Assembly (NCBI GenBank): GCA_002633005.1
Contig: NMRA01000329.1
Span: forward strand, 395,219-459,218
Origin: Phoronis australis
Taxonomy: Eukaryota > Animalia > Phoronida
Direction: 5' to 3'
Length of the DNA: 64,000 bases
Position numbers and translations under genes: made by a program. Under the pieces are notes generated by a model. It was not told the DNA's origin. It did not search any database and was given only the letters and a program-made list of their open reading frames with translations. This document shows positions 58,799-64,000 of the stretch, piece by piece (the stretch's first letter is position 1; the number at the start of each line of letters is the position of its first letter).

Positions 58799-61700
58799 AG
58801 TATACTGTAGAAGCGACAAGACTCAGATTGAAATGATTTTGTACTTTTATGTAACGACTGTCAGGTAATAAAGAGGATGTTAAAAGGGCACAGCATCTGT
58901 TAGCAGCTGGCAGGGGTAGGGGTGAGGTAGGGGTGGGGGCACAAGTTAGATATGTGGCGGGACAGCACAGGTTAGAATCATTCAAAAACATGCAAGTGCA
59001 CTGTTTCCTGGTTAGAAACTATTCGACTAAATGTATGAAATTTCACCAAAGAAATCAAATTTTACAAAGCCCAACCATAGGGGCCAGCAGTAATAAAATC
59101 ATAAAAAATCATGTGACGTCTGTCACTGTCATAACCATAGAAATATATTTGGAAAAAGAAGCCCCTTGATGAGGTTCACGACCTACAACAGGCGACTGTC
59201 CTTAGTCAAGGATTGTAAAATACGAGATGGTATGTTCTTTTCATTGTCTGTTGCTTGGAAACGAACAAAAAATCCAATTTTTTTATATTTTATTTTCTTA
59301 GTCACACAGAAAATTGATAAGGAAACATTATTTGAAATCACCAACATCCCACGAATTGGACCCCCAAAGCACCTCAAAAATGGCTAAACACAAAAACATG
59401 CATAACTTAGCGCATGTTTAGGGCTCCAATTAAGGTTAACGGAAACCCGTTTGAAAATGCAAAAGCTGTCATCATATAAACAGTCTCAACAGTTTTTACA
59501 AAAATATTACAAAAAATTTTCTCTAACTTTCATTTGAACCATTTTAAAGTTACTTTACTCACTGGACATATTTGATTGGGCCAAAGTACTGATGATGCTC
59601 CACCTTAAAGAATACTGTCCTGGATAATTTCAAATCTTTTAAAATATGTCACCAGGACGTATGAAAGCACATTTTTCCAAGATCTGAGGCGATGACCCTA
59701 GAGTCGACCTCGTGGGATGGCAGTTAATAATGCTAACAAAATCCACAGTTAAAGTGTAGGGTAATTTTACCACCGACAGTGAGTCCTTGTAAAATACTTT
59801 TTTCAAAAGTCTCACATCTGAAATACTTCACTATTTAACGCAACTTCTTCCTTGCCCAACGTTTCGCCCCCTTAGCTTCTACTGCCCCCCCCCCACCACC
59901 CTCACCACCCGCCTTATACTGTTATACTTGTGCTGTGTAAATAACCGCGGCACCCAGAAGCGATGTACGTTACCTATGAATGGGGGTCAATTAGATGCTC
60001 ACCGGCCTAAGGCCTTTTGTGATGATTTAGCTCCACATCGGGAACTCCATCGAAAGGAATCTGTGATGTGGTACGCATGCTGGGAGCCTAAGTCCATATT
60101 GGATTTGCACTCAGGGAACTTCGCACCAGGTACCTATGGTGGGAGTGGCCTAACTGTGTTTGTCTGCACTGCCTATTGGTTGCATTCAATACAACAACAG
60201 GGGCGGGTTACCTTGACTCTCTTGTCACGTGACTTTCGTATTTCCCGCCAACGAGATTCAACTGAATATTGCTGTTGTGACAAGAGATACGTGCGATTAC
60301 TACTGCTACATACGAAACCTCATTACTACTACGAGATCTATAAATACATTGTGTGGAGTGCCTGAACAATATTATCTGTGGATCCATCACCCAGTAAGTA
60401 CTCTGTTTTAATTGTAACGTGTTAAGTCGACGTTATGTTTTTTTTTTGAAAACGGTTAACAGGCAAACACTAAAAAGCATAACGATGCTGGCCTTAAGCT
60501 GGTCGGGTCGCAGCTTCTTGGAAAGGGTGTGTTTAGAGTGTGACCGTCCATTTAGATGACAAAAAAGTAAAAAGTTGGGCAAGGATGGAAAAGCTGAGCA
60601 AAAATACGAGTGAGAGTTTTGAAATGTGTGATCACATATGTGGACTCTTCAGGTGTTTGTGATAATTTTACCTTCCTCTTTAACTGCGGTTTTTCTTACC
60701 ATTATAAAGTTTGTTGTTAACTCATTCGACAACAATTCAAGATCAGATTAGTTAATGTTTTTAAACCCCAAACGCTTTAGTCGCAATTCAACATTGACAG
60801 CTAATTGTTTGTAACGTTGTTAGTTATCGCTGTGTAGTTGAAACGGTACTTCTATTTCAAAATATTTGTTTGAGTTCCTGCAAATGTCAGTACCTTAAAT
60901 TTTTGATACTGTGAATGATATCTTGGATTAACCAACTGCCGTAAAAACGTGCAAAATATTCTCATGAACTTTTATCCTATTTAAACATAGTGTAATTACA
61001 CTGTTCAATAACTAAAAGGTTACGTTACCTTGAAGAAGGAGCTTTTGGGAAATTCGGAGAATTTTACTTACCTGAAATGTAGTTTCAATCCCCATTAATC
61101 GGTTTTTGTAAAAAAGATAAAGACACTTCAGTTAGGTCTGACCATATCGCCCAACATCATAGGGGTTCATCACAGTCAGGCAAACCGAGAACTAACAAAA
61201 TGGTTTTCAAGTGTTTGTTTTTTGCCGCCATAATGGAAACAATCGTCGAAATTCCTTGAAAACCACTTCTATAATACCAATTGTTATCGCTCATGAGACA
61301 TACAGCATTATAGAGGTTTAGTTTAGTCCTTTATGACTCTAAAGTGTAAACGAGACATGACGACTGGTGAACCTCGTTTATGCTAAAATAAGAATTTAAT
61401 GCTCTCTAGTCCAAAATATATGAAAGATTAGGCAAAAATGTAAAAAGGCCACGCAGGACAAAATCTTGAACGGACAAAAATGTTTAAATACATAACGTCA
61501 CGACTATAACTTATCATTTTCAGTTGATCGTCTACCATTCGTGTATGAATTTGGGATGTTGTCCAGCGGCAAAATCTCTATGATCATGGCGTGGAAATCA
61601 TTAAAACCAATTATTATTTTCTTAGTTTCCTCTACCTAATGTTTCACTTTTTCGCTCCATCATTACACAGATTGCATGCTGTTCGCAAAGGGCACAATAT

Positions 61701-62099
61701 AAATCGCCTAGTAAAGAGCACAAATTGCAGATAAAACAGCCCACTCAAACGTTTAGTAATCACTGAACCTACTCGAATCTCTGAATCTTGCATTGCCCCC
61801 AACGACATCCCCGGACCCGCCGCTAGCGCAACTGAAAACTTCATGACCAGGCTATGGACTTCGATCGGCCTGAAAAATACGATTTTCATGATATAGACTG
61901 CTGGGCGCAGAGATCACCACACTTAAATTCATTACTGATTTGCTACTCACTGTACTAGAATTCTTTCCAGAAACCAGGCTATCGTTTTATTTGTGCCTAT
62001 ATATTAAGCTTTCGTAATAGAATGGTTCAGTAACGCTAGGGTCTCACTCTCGCTGGTTTCTTGCATATCCGCTAGGGGAAAGACACCAGTCATTTTTAT

Positions 62100-62260
62100 A
62101 CCATTTTTACATTGGAGGTTCTGATTGGCTTTTATATTTGTCAACAGATAGCGCTTTATACGTAAACAAAACCAGCATGACTGACGTAGGAAGTGTAAAT
62201 CATGTGGAATGAAATGGTTCGTGATCTGTTAGTGTACAAACAATTCGGTGCTTAATAGGG
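62100..62260 (+). promoter_or_regulatory. Possible promoter of a plus-strand gene extending beyond the window
   Basis: Clustered ATTGG/GATTGG (CCAAT) boxes, TGACGT and AGGAAGT (ETS). Candidate donor at about 62549 and candidate exon 63356-63428. Confidence 0.3.
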
Positions 62261-64000
62261 ATATGTTCGAGAAATGTGACTTGAAAACTTGTGGTTGTGC
62301 CTTTTCGGTGAGCATTTTTCGTAGCCTGTTGGCATTGGGCCTACAGCTTAAGTGCCCTTTTCGGCTATCGCGATGTCAAGTCAGTCATAAACTGCCCAGG
62401 TCGCAGAACTGTCCTCGGTCTTTCTGACGTTATTGATACTGTGTAGAGAGAAAACGTGGTTTCAGTGCAAAGATTTCGAAAAGGCTAAAAACGTACACAG
62501 TCGGCCAATTCCTTTCGCATTTCACATGAAGATTTAGCTATCTGAAGGGTAAATTAGTAGTACTCGCATTTTTCAAAAATTCGTTTGAAACTGATTTCAA
62601 GGGAGATTACTGTCTGACGCAGTATTTGGTGGGAATAAAGTTTGATAGAAGATGTTATTTGGCATTCGTGAATGCACATTATATAGACATCACTTTCATT
62701 ATGGTGTCTTGTGAGAGAGACATTAAGAAGTTTACATAAAGTTCATGTATAGTAGTTGTTGTATATGTCTGGGAAAAGATATGAAAGCATTAATGTTTGC
62801 ATGGAAATTAAACGATTTTAATTCACAGCATTACTGTGTTACATCTCCAAACAAAACAAGCATGTCATAATCAGTCCAGGCGCTGTGTAACTACGTGCCT
62901 GTAACCTCAACTATAGATAACTTTAAAGAAGCATTATATAGTTGCACCTCATTGTTGGGAAATGCATTGAAATTGTACCGCGTACTATAAGGTAACTTCA
63001 GTAGGTAAATTTTTGGGTAATTATTGAATACAAAAACTGTTTATGAATTTTGTCTTCATAGCATTTTGACAAAATACCAAATTTTAAACTGCTGGTCTAA
63101 AACATAATTATCGTCGCAGACTGCTACATGTATTTTCGGAGTTCTTTGATGAATTTTCATGAAATTTGACCGATCGGTGACAATTCTTGTAAAGATTAAC
63201 ATGTTCGCAGTAAAGTCGTTCATGATCAAATGTAAAAACTCTAAATTGTAAACCTAAATTCATCATATACATAAACCAAGTGATGCAGAACAATACAAAG
63301 GTACAGCAACCCCTGACGAGCATTAAAGTGATTTATAGTTTTGAAAGCTCTGCAGGCGCTTGTGTTCATCCGACTCATGGTAAATCAGGACATGCTGGTC
63401 TCACTGGTACTTGATTCCTGCATTGGAGGTTAAGTTTTCATTTGCAACTCCAGCAAGGACTATTCTGTCACGGTTTGCAAACTTGTACTCAAATAGTAGA
63501 AAGAATTTCTATTTTGTATTTTGATAGTGACCTGTCACATTTTAGGATCTTAGAGGCTCTCGTCATCCTATTTGAAAAACCTAGTTTGAATTCTCAAGAG
63601 AAACCTAGTTTGAATAATTGAGAGACTTATCAGATATTGAAGTTATGATATGCCCAGTTTCTAATGTTGTAGCTTTATTTTCTTTTGCTGAACTTGTGTC
63701 TCTTCAAGTTTATTGTAAATAGTCTAATATTTACGATGCGCACTTGATTATAGTTTTTGTGTCTTTTACGCAATTAGTTTTCACAATGGACATTGTAGTC
63801 CTATGTACTGTAAGATACATTTGCTAGCATTTTTATTCCACGTCGTCATTTTACAAATGCTTGCATTTCGAAAGATATGAAGAGAACTGTGTTCTTGTCA
63901 TGTACCGTTACCCTGGAGTGTTAAAACCAAAAAATTTCCAACATCACTGTCTGATCTAGAATCAACTACACAAACAAGCCTACTGTGTCGGTACACAATG

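Noticed and set aside
58530-58991. 153-aa and 100-aa minus-strand ORFs
   Set aside because: They run through a GC-rich MITE (58565-58798) and show no protein motif.

Overview
This is AT-rich, intron-rich eukaryotic DNA that looks like an invertebrate animal. It has no prokaryotic features, and most ORFs in the supplied track are spurious or are exon fragments. Splicing GT-AG exons by hand gives four genes. (1) A minus-strand gene of at least 23 coding exons (ATG at 21330, running off the left edge) in which an N-terminal EF-hand-like region resembling C1orf87 can be spliced in frame, through small linker exons, to an EML/EMAP HELP-WD40 domain. (2) MED29 (minus, 4 exons). (3) PAF1 (plus, 12 exons), head-to-head with MED29 with 367 bp between the ATGs, as in human. 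(4) B4GAT1 (minus, 2 coding exons). Non-coding DNA carries many MITEs (several with 5-bp TSDs, hAT5-like; TA-flanked pogo/Tc1-like; TTAA-flanked), tRNA-derived SINE heads and a Penelope-like palindrome. It also holds a 19-bp minisatellite beside a 526-N gap and a ~173-bp satellite whose hairpin loop flips orientation in every other monomer. The best candidates for novelty are the EF-hand/EML fusion (with a possible EF-hand-only isoform and an RFX-like promoter) and the alternating-loop satellite. All gene models come from manual reading and need transcript confirmation.
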